Assembly (NCBI GenBank): GCA_964651735.1
Contig: CAZYYU010000005.1
Span: 83,031-147,030 of the forward strand
Direction: 5' to 3'
DNA length: 64,000 bases
From: an uncultured Gammaproteobacteria bacterium
GTDB taxonomy: Bacteria; Pseudomonadota; Gammaproteobacteria; CAZYYU01
Positions 53,177-62,778 of the stretch are shown here, piece after piece. Under the pieces are notes generated by a model, which worked only from the letters and a program-made list of their open reading frames with translations, searched no databases and had not been told where the DNA came from. Position 1 is the stretch's first letter, and each line of letters starts with the position of its first letter. The position numbers were made by a program, and so were the translations under genes.

Positions 53177-54415
53177 TTAGTGACTTGGTGGGGGGTTAAA
53201 AAAGCCAGTACTAGAGCCAGAATTTTCGTAATTATTTTGTAAGCTTGTTGGGACCGGTTTTTTACTGCCTTCTTTTTGAGCAGAAGCACTGAGTATACTT
53301 TGTGCTTTGTTTCTTACTGACATTTCTAAAGGTTTAATAAATTGTTTTGCTTGTTTGAGTTGCACAGCCAATTGGATAGCTTGTAAGGCCAGTAAACGCT
53401 GATTTTCACGACGCATTTCATTTATATCACGTTGAATTTCAGCCAATATAAATACGGTTTCGCGCTGTAATACTGGCGAAGCAGCTCCATGAATATCAGA
53501 ATACCATTGTGGATCACTGGTTCTGCGGGTAGCAATTCGGGTTGAAATTTCTATAGGACTATCATTACCGATTTGATTGCCATTCGCATCGACCGGTATA
53601 GAATGTTGAGTATAAAGATAAAATAAATTGTCATAAGCCGCACTCCAAGCCGCTAGCCAAGAGCGTCGGAGGTTCATAAAATTTTGATAGACCATCGATT
53701 TATCATTGATGAGAGCTTTAATATTATCAGCAGAGGGAGTACCTGTGGTAAAAGCGGTTGCAGGTGTCAAATTTGATATAGGATCAATTCCATCTGAAAT
53801 CAGCTGAAGATAATTTAATGCATAATTTGCTTGATTTCGATTAGTGCGTGAAGGTGAAGAAGCATCACAACTCATTTGAGTCGTGCGATAAGTTAAGGGG
53901 CTCACCAGAGATTCAAATGACATTATATTATTACCACAACTTTGATCAGCTTGATATGAGGCCGCATCACCACTGGAACTTGCAAGAGCAGGGTCCCAAG
54001 TATCTCCGCCGATCAGAGAGGTTAGCGTAAATCTTATAGAACTTTGTGCCAAATTGTTATTTGGCAATAATGATGAAGGACCAATAGATCCGATCACACC
54101 TATCCAACCATTGTTAACATTCATTTGGTTTACCGCTGATGTGATTGCAGAGCCTGTAGGGGTTATTTGTTTGCCCAGCGTTAAATTATCGGCGACATCA
54201 CTGGCATAATAACTAAGGTCGCCAAAATTTTGGTTGAGTGCTGTATAAAGTAAAGAGTAGATTTTCTCGATGGAGGTTTGAATGTTAGTTCCCCATGCTG
54301 CAATGGTTTGATTAACACTACATATTGTACAATCTGCATATGTTGGTACAGAAATCAGACTGCACAGCATAATGCAACTAAGAAATTGTCGGGTTTTTCT
54401 GCTAAGTGTGTTCAT
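53177..54415 (-). CDS. icmX: Dot/Icm T4BSS periplasmic protein IcmX
   Basis: 412 aa with signal peptide (MNTLSRKTRQFLSCIMLCSLISVPTYA). Called by position downstream of icmW in the icmW-icmX operon. Sequence-level identity was not verifiable by eye. Confidence 0.7.
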   Translation of the reverse strand: MNTLSRKTRQFLSCIMLCSLISVPTYADCTICSVNQTIAAWGTNIQTSIEKIYSLLYTALNQNFGDLSYYASDVADNLTLGKQITPTGSAITSAVNQMNVNNGWIGVIGSIGPSSLLPNNNLAQSSIRFTLTSLIGGDTWDPALASSSGDAASYQADQSCGNNIMSFESLVSPLTYRTTQMSCDASSPSRTNRNQANYALNYLQLISDGIDPISNLTPATAFTTGTPSADNIKALINDKSMVYQNFMNLRRSWLAAWSAAYDNLFYLYTQHSIPVDANGNQIGNDSPIEISTRIATRRTSDPQWYSDIHGAASPVLQRETVFILAEIQRDINEMRRENQRLLALQAIQLAVQLKQAKQFIKPLEMSVRNKAQSILSASAQKEGSKKPVPTSLQNNYENSGSSTGFFNPPPSH

Positions 54416-54442
54416 ATGAAAATCCTTTTCATCAGGTTAATA

Positions 54443-54856
54443 TCAATAATAAGGTATAGATCTAGTAGGTTGTTCTTCTTCAGTTTTAGGTGGCTGCTGC
54501 TGTGAAGAAGAGCTGGATGATTTTGAGCTTGATGTGCTTGTAGGCGCTCTTGTTGTTGTCGTGCTTCCAGATGTGGCAGTTTGTGCATTGTTGCTGTTTT
54601 GTAACTGCTTTTGTTGATCATCATTTGCTTTTTTAATCGCTGCTTGATTATCGCTAGTATTCTTTTGTAAATCCGATTGAAATTTATCTTTACCTTTTTG
54701 TTGGGCCTGTTTAATAAATTGGCTATAACAAGCGGTTTCACCGTGTTCAGGATCTTTGTTTCTCGCTAAACAATCTTCTAATGCAGATTGAGCCATTGCT
54801 GTGAACGAGAGCAAATATATTGAAATAAGAGATCCTGTAATAAAAATCTTTTTCAT
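54443..54856 (-). CDS. Secreted low-complexity (Ser/Thr/Gln-rich) protein encoded between icmW and icmX
   Basis: 137 aa. Signal peptide MKKIFITGSLISIYLLSFTAMAQS, then tail ...TATSGSTTTTRAPTSTSSSKSSSSSSQQQPP. The ATG overlaps the icmW stop (ATGA). Confidence 0.6.
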   Translation of the reverse strand: MKKIFITGSLISIYLLSFTAMAQSALEDCLARNKDPEHGETACYSQFIKQAQQKGKDKFQSDLQKNTSDNQAAIKKANDDQQKQLQNSNNAQTATSGSTTTTRAPTSTSSSKSSSSSSQQQPPKTEEEQPTRSIPYY

Positions 54857-55302
54857 AACTCAACTTCCTCCAATGCTTTAAGTAGTAATGATAAACGTTC
54901 AGGTGCGAATACACGGCCCAAGAGTCGAAGTCTTTCAAAAACAATATTGCGCCGTAGAAATAAACCCGGGATATCTTCGGTGGATTTTGTATTTTCTTCC
55001 GCATGCATGAGTAATTTTGATGCTGCACCTGGATAGGCCACATCTAAGCATTGTAATAAACGCAAACCGCGTCCTGCTTTGATGTAAGCTGCAAGTTTAA
55101 TGAAGTTGTCTTCATTATGAAGATCAATATTACCGATATCGTCTAGAGTATCACCTAATTTGTTAATGGAGTCTTCAAGGTTAGGATCAGTATCAAGAGT
55201 CCAGCTTTCAACACTTTCCATAAAGCTAATCACACGATATATCATGGGGTCATGATATTCGTGCCAAAATTTGTGGCAAGCTTCATTGCTAAGATTAGGC
55301 AT
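54853..55302 (-). CDS. icmW: Dot/Icm type IV adaptor/chaperone IcmW
   Basis: MPNLSNEACHKFWHEYHDPMIYRVISFMESVESWTLD...RGLRLLQ...FLRRNIVFERLRLLGRVF is colinear with L. pneumophila IcmW as I remember it. Start placed at 55302. Confidence 0.9.
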   Translation of the reverse strand: MPNLSNEACHKFWHEYHDPMIYRVISFMESVESWTLDTDPNLEDSINKLGDTLDDIGNIDLHNEDNFIKLAAYIKAGRGLRLLQCLDVAYPGAASKLLMHAEENTKSTEDIPGLFLRRNIVFERLRLLGRVFAPERLSLLLKALEEVEL

Positions 55303-55469
55303 AATCCATTCTCTTCGTTTTATACTCCTATAAGCTTTAGTATAATTCACTTTGAAGATTTTACAAATGCTATATTCCTCGCTATTTGCAGAGTTGATAC
55401 GAAGCGCTTGAGGATTTTAATATTATATGGCAAGATGCAAATTCAATCTTAGCAACTCAGGAAGGATCC

Positions 55470-55913
55470 ATGGGTATAATAAAGTCAGGCGCTCGAATTA
55501 TCACATCTCCGTTTAGGAAGTGGATGGGTACTGAAAATCTAAGTCGCGATGCTCGAAATATTCGAGGCTTTGCAAAAGACTTTATTCATGCGCCTCAAAC
55601 CCATCAGGCAAAAAAAGAATCTTTCGAGCACTCAATGAAGCGTCTCAACCTAACTGAAGCTGATGTTCAACGCAGAATAAAAGAAACATGGATATCAAGT
55701 TGGGTATATTTCTTATTTTTTGCGGGTCTTCTTTTCTATACCTTTGTTTTGATTTTTAGAATAAATTATCTCGGTATTTTGATGAGTTCTGTGATGACAA
55801 TACTAGCTGGTGTTTTGGCAATGAGAGAAAGTTTTTGGTATATGCAGATGAAAGAGCGTAAACTAGGATGTACCTTAAAACAGTGGTTTCGATTCATCAC
55901 ATGGAGAAAATAA
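55470..55913 (+). CDS. icmV: Dot/Icm inner-membrane protein IcmV
   Basis: 147 aa with two central TM helices, immediately upstream of and overlapping dotA. Assigned by synteny and size. Confidence 0.7.
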   Translation: MGIIKSGARIITSPFRKWMGTENLSRDARNIRGFAKDFIHAPQTHQAKKESFEHSMKRLNLTEADVQRRIKETWISSWVYFLFFAGLLFYTFVLIFRINYLGILMSSVMTILAGVLAMRESFWYMQMKERKLGCTLKQWFRFITWRK

Positions 55914-58195
55914 GTGTGAAGAGATTAATTCAATTATTCAGTGCATTATCACTATTATTTGTTCCTATGATTTCTTTTGCTCAATCTTTATCTCAGACAG
56001 ATGTGACAACCTCATTATTTCAAGTGTCTATGACTGATCCCTCTGTGATTTTTCTAGGACAAATGTTTGGTACAGTAGGTAATGTATTAACTGGTACCAG
56101 TGGGCAATTGCTCGGTACCATTTTCCAAGTGTTTAATATTGGCTTGTTGGTTGTGTCCGGTATATTCCTGATATGGGGTGTTGGTAGTGCTGTAATGTCA
56201 ACCAGTCAGGAAGGTGAATTCATGGGGCGCCAAGGAAATCCCGGTATTACCATTACTCGTACCGTTGCTGGTATTGGTTTGTTGGTTCCTAATTTTTCTA
56301 CAGGTTATTCATCGATCCAAGTTTTTGTGATGTGGGTAGTTTTACAAGGTATTGGATTTGCAAATACGGCCTGGTCTAAAGCCTTAGATTATCTTCAATC
56401 TGGAGGTGTGGTTTTTGCGCAGGGTGGTCAAGATATTTCTCAAAGTATTAATTTAGCCGGTACTATTTTTGAGGCAGAAGTGTGTATGTATGGCTATCAA
56501 GCTTATTATTTGGGCGCTCAATCTCTTGCTGCATCACAAACTGTACCTGGGCAACCACCTAATCCATTGGCAACGACTTTCATCCCCTCTTTTAGACCCA
56601 CTTGGGATATGAATGCTCAAACAGTGAGTTTTCCTTCACAACCCGGTAATAATGATGATGGATGTGGAAAGATTTATTGGGGACAACCCGATAATAAAAT
56701 TTCTATTCCAGATTATACGGCAATTGTTTCTGGAAATCCGAGCACTCCTAACCAAGGGGGAACGTCCACACCTTTAACGAATAACAGTAGCTATGCACAA
56801 CGAGCATTACAGGGTGTGCTCGATGCAACGAGTTCAGCTGCCCAACAAATTGCAGCACCAATACCCGGTGTATCAATTAATAACGTTATCAGTAATGCTT
56901 CTCAGGCTATTGTTGCAGGCGCTGCAACATGGATTAATCTAACAATGCCTGCCCGATCGCAAAATCAGTTTGATTTGGGTGGTTTTTATACTACTGCAAA
57001 GGCAAATGGTTGGATTTTCGCGGGATCTTATTATTATACATTGACAGGTGTTCAAAGAACCTTCAATGATGCAGCCTCAATTCCATTAACATTTCAGACC
57101 CCAATTTTTGGCTTCAGTAATACAACCAAAGGTCAATATATTGATTTCTCAGTAGCTCCTCCCATCGATACCTCTGTGTTCACAGCTGATACACAAAATA
57201 TTTTGTATGCCTATCAGACTGCAGGATCTGCCGCAAGGGCAGCACTGGGTTTGGCTCAGCAAGCGGATCAAGCGGCAAATAATTTGCCTCCAAGGCTTGA
57301 TGTTAATGCGGGAGATATATTTTCTATCATACTTGCCCCACTATTGGGCGTCATTAACTATGTAATGGCAGCCATGATTATGCAAGGTGGAGATCCAGTG
57401 CTAAAAATGCAAAGTATTGGTAATACCTTGATGGGAGTAATTATTCTTATCTGGATCGGCGGTACTTTAACGATGTTCGTATTAGGGCTAGGCTTGAACG
57501 TCTGTGTAGGTAGTAACCCAATCGGTCCAGCCGTTTTCGATGCAATCACCATGTTTATCCCTATTTTTATGGCCTTAGCGGGATCCATGTTCGTCACCGG
57601 ATTCATGCTCGCTATTTATATACCACTCATACCCTTTATAGTATTTACCTTTACGGTCTTCGGTTGGTTCGTTGCGGTGTTTGAATCCATGATTGCAGCA
57701 CCCCTAGTTGCTTTAGGGCTGACTCATCCTGAAGGACAAAACTTGATGGGTAAAAGTGAACAGGCTGTAATGTTGCTGTTAAACGTTTTTCTTCGACCAG
57801 TACTGATGATTTTTGGTCTTTTAGGCGGAATGATTTTATCCTATATCGCACTTACCATTTTGGATAAGGGTTTTATTGTTATTGTGCAATCTTATTCCAG
57901 AGGATTGTTTGAATTTATTTTTGTTTTCACAACCTATTGTTCGTTGGCAGTGAGCTTGATACACGTTTGTTATAGTTTGATACATTATATTCCCGATAAA
58001 GTCATGCGTTGGATTGGTACACAAACTGAATCTGCGCCTGGTGTTGAGCAAGCTCTGCAAAAATCTGAAGGAGCTGCTCAACAAATGGGTCAACAAGTTA
58101 GTGAAGGAATTCAGTCAACCGTTAAAGCTGGGGCTGAAGTTGGTAAGAAACTTGGTGGTGCAGCCAAGGGTGGTGGCGGTGGAATCGGCGGATAA
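55901..58195 (+). CDS. dotA: Dot/Icm polytopic membrane protein DotA
   Basis: About 765 aa. Signal/TM1 (V)KRLIQLFSALSLLFVPMISFAQS, a large Gly/Ser/Thr/Gln-rich periplasmic loop and a C-terminal cluster of TM helices. Position is icmV-dotA-dotD. Start is ambiguous (ATG 55901 or GTG 55916). Confidence 0.75.
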   Translation: MEKISVKRLIQLFSALSLLFVPMISFAQSLSQTDVTTSLFQVSMTDPSVIFLGQMFGTVGNVLTGTSGQLLGTIFQVFNIGLLVVSGIFLIWGVGSAVMSTSQEGEFMGRQGNPGITITRTVAGIGLLVPNFSTGYSSIQVFVMWVVLQGIGFANTAWSKALDYLQSGGVVFAQGGQDISQSINLAGTIFEAEVCMYGYQAYYLGAQSLAASQTVPGQPPNPLATTFIPSFRPTWDMNAQTVSFPSQPGNNDDGCGKIYWGQPDNKISIPDYTAIVSGNPSTPNQGGTSTPLTNNSSYAQRALQGVLDATSSAAQQIAAPIPGVSINNVISNASQAIVAGAATWINLTMPARSQNQFDLGGFYTTAKANGWIFAGSYYYTLTGVQRTFNDAASIPLTFQTPIFGFSNTTKGQYIDFSVAPPIDTSVFTADTQNILYAYQTAGSAARAALGLAQQADQAANNLPPRLDVNAGDIFSIILAPLLGVINYVMAAMIMQGGDPVLKMQSIGNTLMGVIILIWIGGTLTMFVLGLGLNVCVGSNPIGPAVFDAITMFIPIFMALAGSMFVTGFMLAIYIPLIPFIVFTFTVFGWFVAVFESMIAAPLVALGLTHPEGQNLMGKSEQAVMLLLNVFLRPVLMIFGLLGGMILSYIALTILDKGFIVIVQSYSRGLFEFIFVFTTYCSLAVSLIHVCYSLIHYIPDKVMRWIGTQTESAPGVEQALQKSEGAAQQMGQQVSEGIQSTVKAGAEVGKKLGGAAKGGGGGIGG

Positions 58196-58261
58196 TATAT
58201 CGCTTGACACTGGAAGATGCTATTGGTTCAATAACTCAGTTTTTTAGTAAAGGATGACAGA

Positions 58262-58774
58262 ATGCAGAAAGTGAAAAAAATAGGATTACTCGCTATACCA
58301 TTAATGTTGCTTGCTGGTTGTGGTGCTTCTGAACCCAATCCGGTGCGAATTGTAAATAGAACAGTTATTGTTAAGCCTACTGCATTTTCCACGCAGCAAA
58401 GTGAAACTAATTTAATTGAGTCTGCTCGTTCAGTCAGTCATTCTCTTGATCAATTAGCACAAATTGAAAAAGCCATACATCATGAGGTACAAATTGCGCC
58501 TCCACCGAATCCTGCAAAATTAGGCATGGCAAATCGGGCATCAGTAGATTGGACGGGTCCTGCTGAACCACTATTACGAAAGATTGCATTTTCCAGTGGC
58601 TATCGCCTCCATGTCATCGGCCAAGAACCACCCGTACCCGTGATTATTGCTGTGCAAGTAAACGATGTTCCGGTTGCAGATATTCTACGTGATATAGTTT
58701 ATCAATCTGCAAAAAAAGCGGATATCGTTGTTTATCCGCGTTCTAAAGTGATTGAATTGCGATATCTGCGTTAA
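58262..58774 (+). CDS. dotD: Dot/Icm outer-membrane lipoprotein DotD
   Basis: 170 aa, lipobox LLAGC. Size and dotD-dotC-dotB order. Confidence 0.85.
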   Translation: MQKVKKIGLLAIPLMLLAGCGASEPNPVRIVNRTVIVKPTAFSTQQSETNLIESARSVSHSLDQLAQIEKAIHHEVQIAPPPNPAKLGMANRASVDWTGPAEPLLRKIAFSSGYRLHVIGQEPPVPVIIAVQVNDVPVADILRDIVYQSAKKADIVVYPRSKVIELRYLR

Positions 58775-58794
58775 TAAAAGTGAATTGTAGATTT

Positions 58795-59709
58795 ATGAAA
58801 AAAATTGCCTTAGTTTCTTTAGCCTCGCTGATGGCTTTGTATTTACAAGGTTGTGAAAGTGTCGACCCTAATAGTCCACGCGAACTGGTACAAATTAGTG
58901 GTTTAAAAGCCTTTGGGACTAATGCTTCTTCCTTAACAGATTTGCGATTAAACGCTTTACGTGAAACAGCAGAATCTACGGGTGCACAAGCAGGTCTGGC
59001 CTGGAGAGCGGAGCAGATTAATTGCTTTCTACGAGAGCGTGAATTAGATATTAGTCACATTTATAATTTCCGCTCATTGATGTTAAGAGATGATGTCTTA
59101 CCCCCTATTCTCGTTGAGGGGCGCCGAGAAATGAATATCGCGAATTATGAAACAGTACGTACAGCAGATATTATTTATCGTATCATCAGTCCTGCTCAGT
59201 TTGTTTCAAATCCTCCTGATTGGAGAGAATATTTGTGGATGAATTATTATGAGCCTGAACGTCCCAGTGAAACACTATTACCTAAAAAAGCCAAAGAAGC
59301 AGCCGTTTGGAATTGTTTTGTGCGAAAAGGTTGGGATCAAGGTATTCAACAAGCAGATAATATTTTCGCCGAAAATCTGAATCGTTTAACACGAGATTAC
59401 AATGGTATGGTTTTATATCATCGTCTCTATGCTCAAAATATGATCACAGCACCTTTTGTCTCTAAGGCTGAGCTAGGTGTTACGGGTGATGGGAATGAAA
59501 TGCGGGTCAATGATCGTATTCTACGTATTGCCTCAATGTCTCAGTTGAATATCAATTCCAAAGAATGGAATGCTGCTTTATGGCCTATTAAGGTACGTAA
59601 GCGATTCCCAGATCTTGCCCTTCCTTGTCCAAATTTAACGATACCTAAGAATATGAAATATAAATCGTACTATACTGTAGAAGATTTTACGGTTAGTACA
59701 AAAGGTTAA
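58795..59709 (+). CDS. dotC: Dot/Icm outer-membrane lipoprotein DotC
   Basis: Lipobox YLQGC, about 300 aa, between dotD and dotB. Confidence 0.85.
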   Translation: MKKIALVSLASLMALYLQGCESVDPNSPRELVQISGLKAFGTNASSLTDLRLNALRETAESTGAQAGLAWRAEQINCFLRERELDISHIYNFRSLMLRDDVLPPILVEGRREMNIANYETVRTADIIYRIISPAQFVSNPPDWREYLWMNYYEPERPSETLLPKKAKEAAVWNCFVRKGWDQGIQQADNIFAENLNRLTRDYNGMVLYHRLYAQNMITAPFVSKAELGVTGDGNEMRVNDRILRIASMSQLNINSKEWNAALWPIKVRKRFPDLALPCPNLTIPKNMKYKSYYTVEDFTVSTKG

Positions 59710-59715
59710 TTAATT

Positions 59716-60894
59716 ATGGATGGACAGCCAGAACCCGGGCAAAATTCGGAACAACCCGAGATTGATGCATCTCAGTTCTTATTTCCAAATGAGCCCAGTC
59801 GTTTTACGCCTGATTTTCTTGAGGGTGTCTTAACATTTTGTGCCCAACATGATGCATCTGATATTACGTTTCAAACCAACGAACCGGTTTATGCAGAAAT
59901 CTTTGGTCGTTTATATAAAGTGACCAAACGTAAATTGAACAATACCGAAGTCAATGACTTGCTGAACGCTATTTATGGTCCAAATGGAACTACTCAGCTC
60001 TTATCAGGGCAAGATATTGATACCCATTTTGAAACTCGACCATCTCGTACAGAACGTTATCGCTATCGTGTTAATGGTACTGCCTGTCAAGTTGAGGGAA
60101 GAACGGGTACGCAGTTAACCTTGCGGACCATTCCATCAGAGCCACCGTTTTTAACGGATATGAGTTTGCCCCAAGATATAGTTGATAATATTGCACCAAA
60201 GGATGGTGTGGTTTATGTGACGGGTGCAACAGGTTCAGGTAAATCCACATTATTAGCAGCCATTATTCGAGATATTGTTGAGGATATTGAAGGGCATCGT
60301 AAAGTGTTAACCTATGAGTCACCCATTGAATTTGTTTATGATGCCGTACAAATGCCGAGTTCTATTGTCAGTCAATCTGAAATACCACGACATCTTCCTA
60401 CCTTTGCAGATGGTGTACGTAATGCCTTACGTCGTAAACCTCGATTGATCTTAGTGGGTGAGTGTCGTGATGCAGAAACCATTAGTGCTGTTATTGAAGC
60501 CGCCTTAACAGGGCACCCAGTCTATACCACACTGCATAGTACAGGTGTTGCAGAATCCATTCGTCGACTCGTACAAACATTTCCCCAAGAAGAACGAGAT
60601 GGTCGTACCATCGATATTATTGAAACCTTGAGAATGATTATTTGGCAACAACTCGTGCCCACGGTTGATGGAAAGAGAATTGCTTTACGCGAATATTTAA
60701 TTTTTGATGAAAAAGTACGGGATGCATTATTGTCAGTGGACGTGACTGAGGTGACAGGATTAACCCGAAAACTGCTGCAACAATCGGGTCAACCGATGAT
60801 GGTTGAAGCTCAACGATATTTCGATGAAGGAAGAATTTCTGAACGTGTGTATCGTATTATTTCTACCAGTGCTAAACGCGCTGAAAAAGACTAA
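59716..60894 (+). CDS. dotB: Dot/Icm secretion ATPase DotB (PilT/VirB11-like)
   Basis: 392 aa. Walker A VTGATGSGKST, Asp box, Walker B RLILVGECRD and His box TGHPVYTTLHS. Confidence 0.92.
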   Translation: MDGQPEPGQNSEQPEIDASQFLFPNEPSRFTPDFLEGVLTFCAQHDASDITFQTNEPVYAEIFGRLYKVTKRKLNNTEVNDLLNAIYGPNGTTQLLSGQDIDTHFETRPSRTERYRYRVNGTACQVEGRTGTQLTLRTIPSEPPFLTDMSLPQDIVDNIAPKDGVVYVTGATGSGKSTLLAAIIRDIVEDIEGHRKVLTYESPIEFVYDAVQMPSSIVSQSEIPRHLPTFADGVRNALRRKPRLILVGECRDAETISAVIEAALTGHPVYTTLHSTGVAESIRRLVQTFPQEERDGRTIDIIETLRMIIWQQLVPTVDGKRIALREYLIFDEKVRDALLSVDVTEVTGLTRKLLQQSGQPMMVEAQRYFDEGRISERVYRIISTSAKRAEKD

Positions 60895-60966
60895 GGAATA
60901 AAAAATTCATATTTTAGTTCTTGTGAGTTATGCTAAAATTGATATGGGCATCTAAGGAGATATGAA

Positions 60967-61236
60967 ATGGCAGCACCAATTGCAGCTGCAAGCTGGAGGG
61001 ATTCTGCAAGATATCCAAAATTTTTCTTTTTGGATTCACGAGCAGTGTTTCCTATTTTTATTTTTCTAGTTCATATACAGGTATGGACTTTTGTTGTTGC
61101 AATGGTTGCAATGGTCTTCTTTTCATTACTAATGCGCTTTGGATTTACGGTGGGCACCTTTTTGCGATTTTCTCGGGCCTTTATTGCGGGTAAGCGTAAG
61201 ATGGCCAAACCTTGGTGGGCATATGGATTTAAGTAA
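60967..61236 (+). CDS. icmT: Dot/Icm membrane protein IcmT
   Basis: 89 aa. WRDSARYPKFFFLDSRAVFPIFIFLVHIQVWTF...AGKRKMAKPWW matches the IcmT/TraK pattern. Confidence 0.9.
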   Translation: MAAPIAAASWRDSARYPKFFFLDSRAVFPIFIFLVHIQVWTFVVAMVAMVFFSLLMRFGFTVGTFLRFSRAFIAGKRKMAKPWWAYGFK

Positions 61237-61561
61237 TTCAATGTGTGCAATTGCCAAAGCAATGAAGGCAAATTTCACCTTTAACGATCGGCCAATGACT
61301 TATAAAGAAGTATTTGCCGATAATGGTTTATTACCTGCTATAGCCAGGCGAGCTGATCAATTAGCCTCGCTTTGTCTGGGTTATGGCATAGGGATATCTT
61401 TTGATGAGGCTGAAGGCTCAGTACTGGGTGTGCGAGTGAGTTTTGATGATGTTACACCAAATGTTTTACGCCTTTTATGTATGATGGATGTTCTAACAGA
61501 GCTGATTGTTACTGCTCCAAATCGAGAAGTTACTCCTCTTGACGAATTGATGTATGACTAA
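61223..61561 (+). CDS. icmS: Dot/Icm type IV adaptor/chaperone IcmS
   Basis: 112 aa from ATG 61223, overlapping the icmT end. MDLSNSMCAIAKAMKANFTFNDRPMTYKEVFADNGLLPAIARRADQLASLCLGYGIG... is IcmS-like. Confidence 0.88.
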   Translation: MDLSNSMCAIAKAMKANFTFNDRPMTYKEVFADNGLLPAIARRADQLASLCLGYGIGISFDEAEGSVLGVRVSFDDVTPNVLRLLCMMDVLTELIVTAPNREVTPLDELMYD

Positions 61562-61789
61562 AAATTAATCAATTTGGGTCACAATACGTAATTATTACGG
61601 TAGCATATTCAAAGTAGAGAGAGTAAAATTCAACTTAAGAAAACAATAAGCTTTTTAAGCTATACTGTGATTGAAGGTATATACTTTTTAGGATAAACCA
61701 GTACTGTCAAGGATTGATAGTTAATACTGTCCAAGGAAATAAAAGTAATAATAGTAAACTTAATATAATAAACACGTGGGGTGTATAAA

Positions 61790-62062
61790 ATGGCAGGGAC
61801 TTCTAGTGCACGATTTGATGCTTTGATATCAGACCGTGTTGAAAATAAGGTTGAGGATGTCATATCCAAAATCCAAGGATATGCAACCAGTGTAGCTATT
61901 ATGGCGACTAAGAAGCCAGAAGAAGCGCGGGAACCTTTTCGTAATCTCGCAGAGCGATTTAATCGATTTAACATCGACAGTACTGAATTGCAACGTAACT
62001 TAAGCTTTGTTTCACCAAAGGAAGAGCAAAAGCAAGATATTCAAAAGGGATTTGAGTCTTAA
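61790..62062 (+). CDS. Small helical protein in the icmR position (candidate functional IcmR analogue / IcmQ chaperone)
   Basis: 90 aa, directly upstream (9 nt) of icmQ. No similarity to L. pneumophila IcmR is expected or seen. TATAAT at 61764-61769. Confidence 0.55.
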   Translation: MAGTSSARFDALISDRVENKVEDVISKIQGYATSVAIMATKKPEEAREPFRNLAERFNRFNIDSTELQRNLSFVSPKEEQKQDIQKGFES

Positions 62063-62071
62063 AAAAATGTT

Positions 62072-62659
62072 ATGGCAACGTTAGAAGAAAATAAGGATAT
62101 TCTAAAGAAGCTTATCAAGCTCATTGATGAGCTATTGAATTCTGATGATTGGAATAAAGGCATCTACTTACAAACCATTTCTGGAAAAATTAAAGAGCTG
62201 CGACAAGAGGCCAATGCGTTGGTCGAAGAAATCGCTGGAAGTGAAAATGTTGGTGCGGTGGGTGCTGCCTCAAAGTCAACAGGCTTTATCAATATTTTTG
62301 TTTCTCTTTACCAAGCAGATGCAAAAAATCTTATGATGTGGGCGAGAACACTGAAGCGTATTAATGAATTTAGTACTTCTCGACCTGTTTATCGCAATGA
62401 AGATTCGATTAAGCAATTAATTCGAGCGCGTCCAGATCCCACAAAAGAAGGTTATGCCATTGTTCATGTCAAAGAAACTGATCTCATCAAGCCCTATTCG
62501 GGAAAACAACTTGCCGATCGATTTGGAAATGAATTACTGACAATTCGTGAGGGGGCTATAAAATCTGAAAATATTAGCAAGTTTGTTCATGGTGTTAATG
62601 TTTATAAATATGAAAATGGAGAGTTAACTTTAGAATCTTCAACTACTCATCCAATTTAA
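62072..62659 (+). CDS. icmQ: Dot/Icm protein IcmQ
   Basis: 195 aa. IFVSLYQADAKN, SRPVYRNEDSIKQLI and ENISKFVHGVNVYKYENG are colinear with IcmQ motifs (VYVSLY, SRPIY..EEDIK, ENISRFVH). Confidence 0.88.
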   Translation: MATLEENKDILKKLIKLIDELLNSDDWNKGIYLQTISGKIKELRQEANALVEEIAGSENVGAVGAASKSTGFINIFVSLYQADAKNLMMWARTLKRINEFSTSRPVYRNEDSIKQLIRARPDPTKEGYAIVHVKETDLIKPYSGKQLADRFGNELLTIREGAIKSENISKFVHGVNVYKYENGELTLESSTTHPI

Positions 62660-62778
62660 ACGATTAAGCCATTCTCACAGCTCCTAATAAGCTTCCAAGA
62701 TATAAGATTCATTAGATTTAAGATAGATTTCAGCTATAATATTGTTAGGATAGTCAGGGACTAAGGATAGAGGGATAT

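Noticed and set aside
54412-55043. Alternative minus-strand ORFs 54412-54741 and 54747-55043
   Set aside because: They overlap, in other frames, the signal-peptide-bearing 54443-54856 ORF and icmW. The chosen frames have translational coupling and recognisable features.
55303-55469. PmrA-type tandem box (cTTAATatT-N2-cTTAATatT) expected upstream of dot/icm operons
   Set aside because: I found only a single TTAATATT (55417-55424) in the icmW/icmV divergent region and a CTTAATATA near 61759. No convincing tandem repeat with 11-bp phasing is present, so no PmrA site is called.
57358-58247. ORFs antisense to or overlapping the dotA 3' region (57358-57606, 57651-57851, 57836-58096, 58014-58247)
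   Set aside because: They are shadow ORFs within the polytopic dotA CDS.
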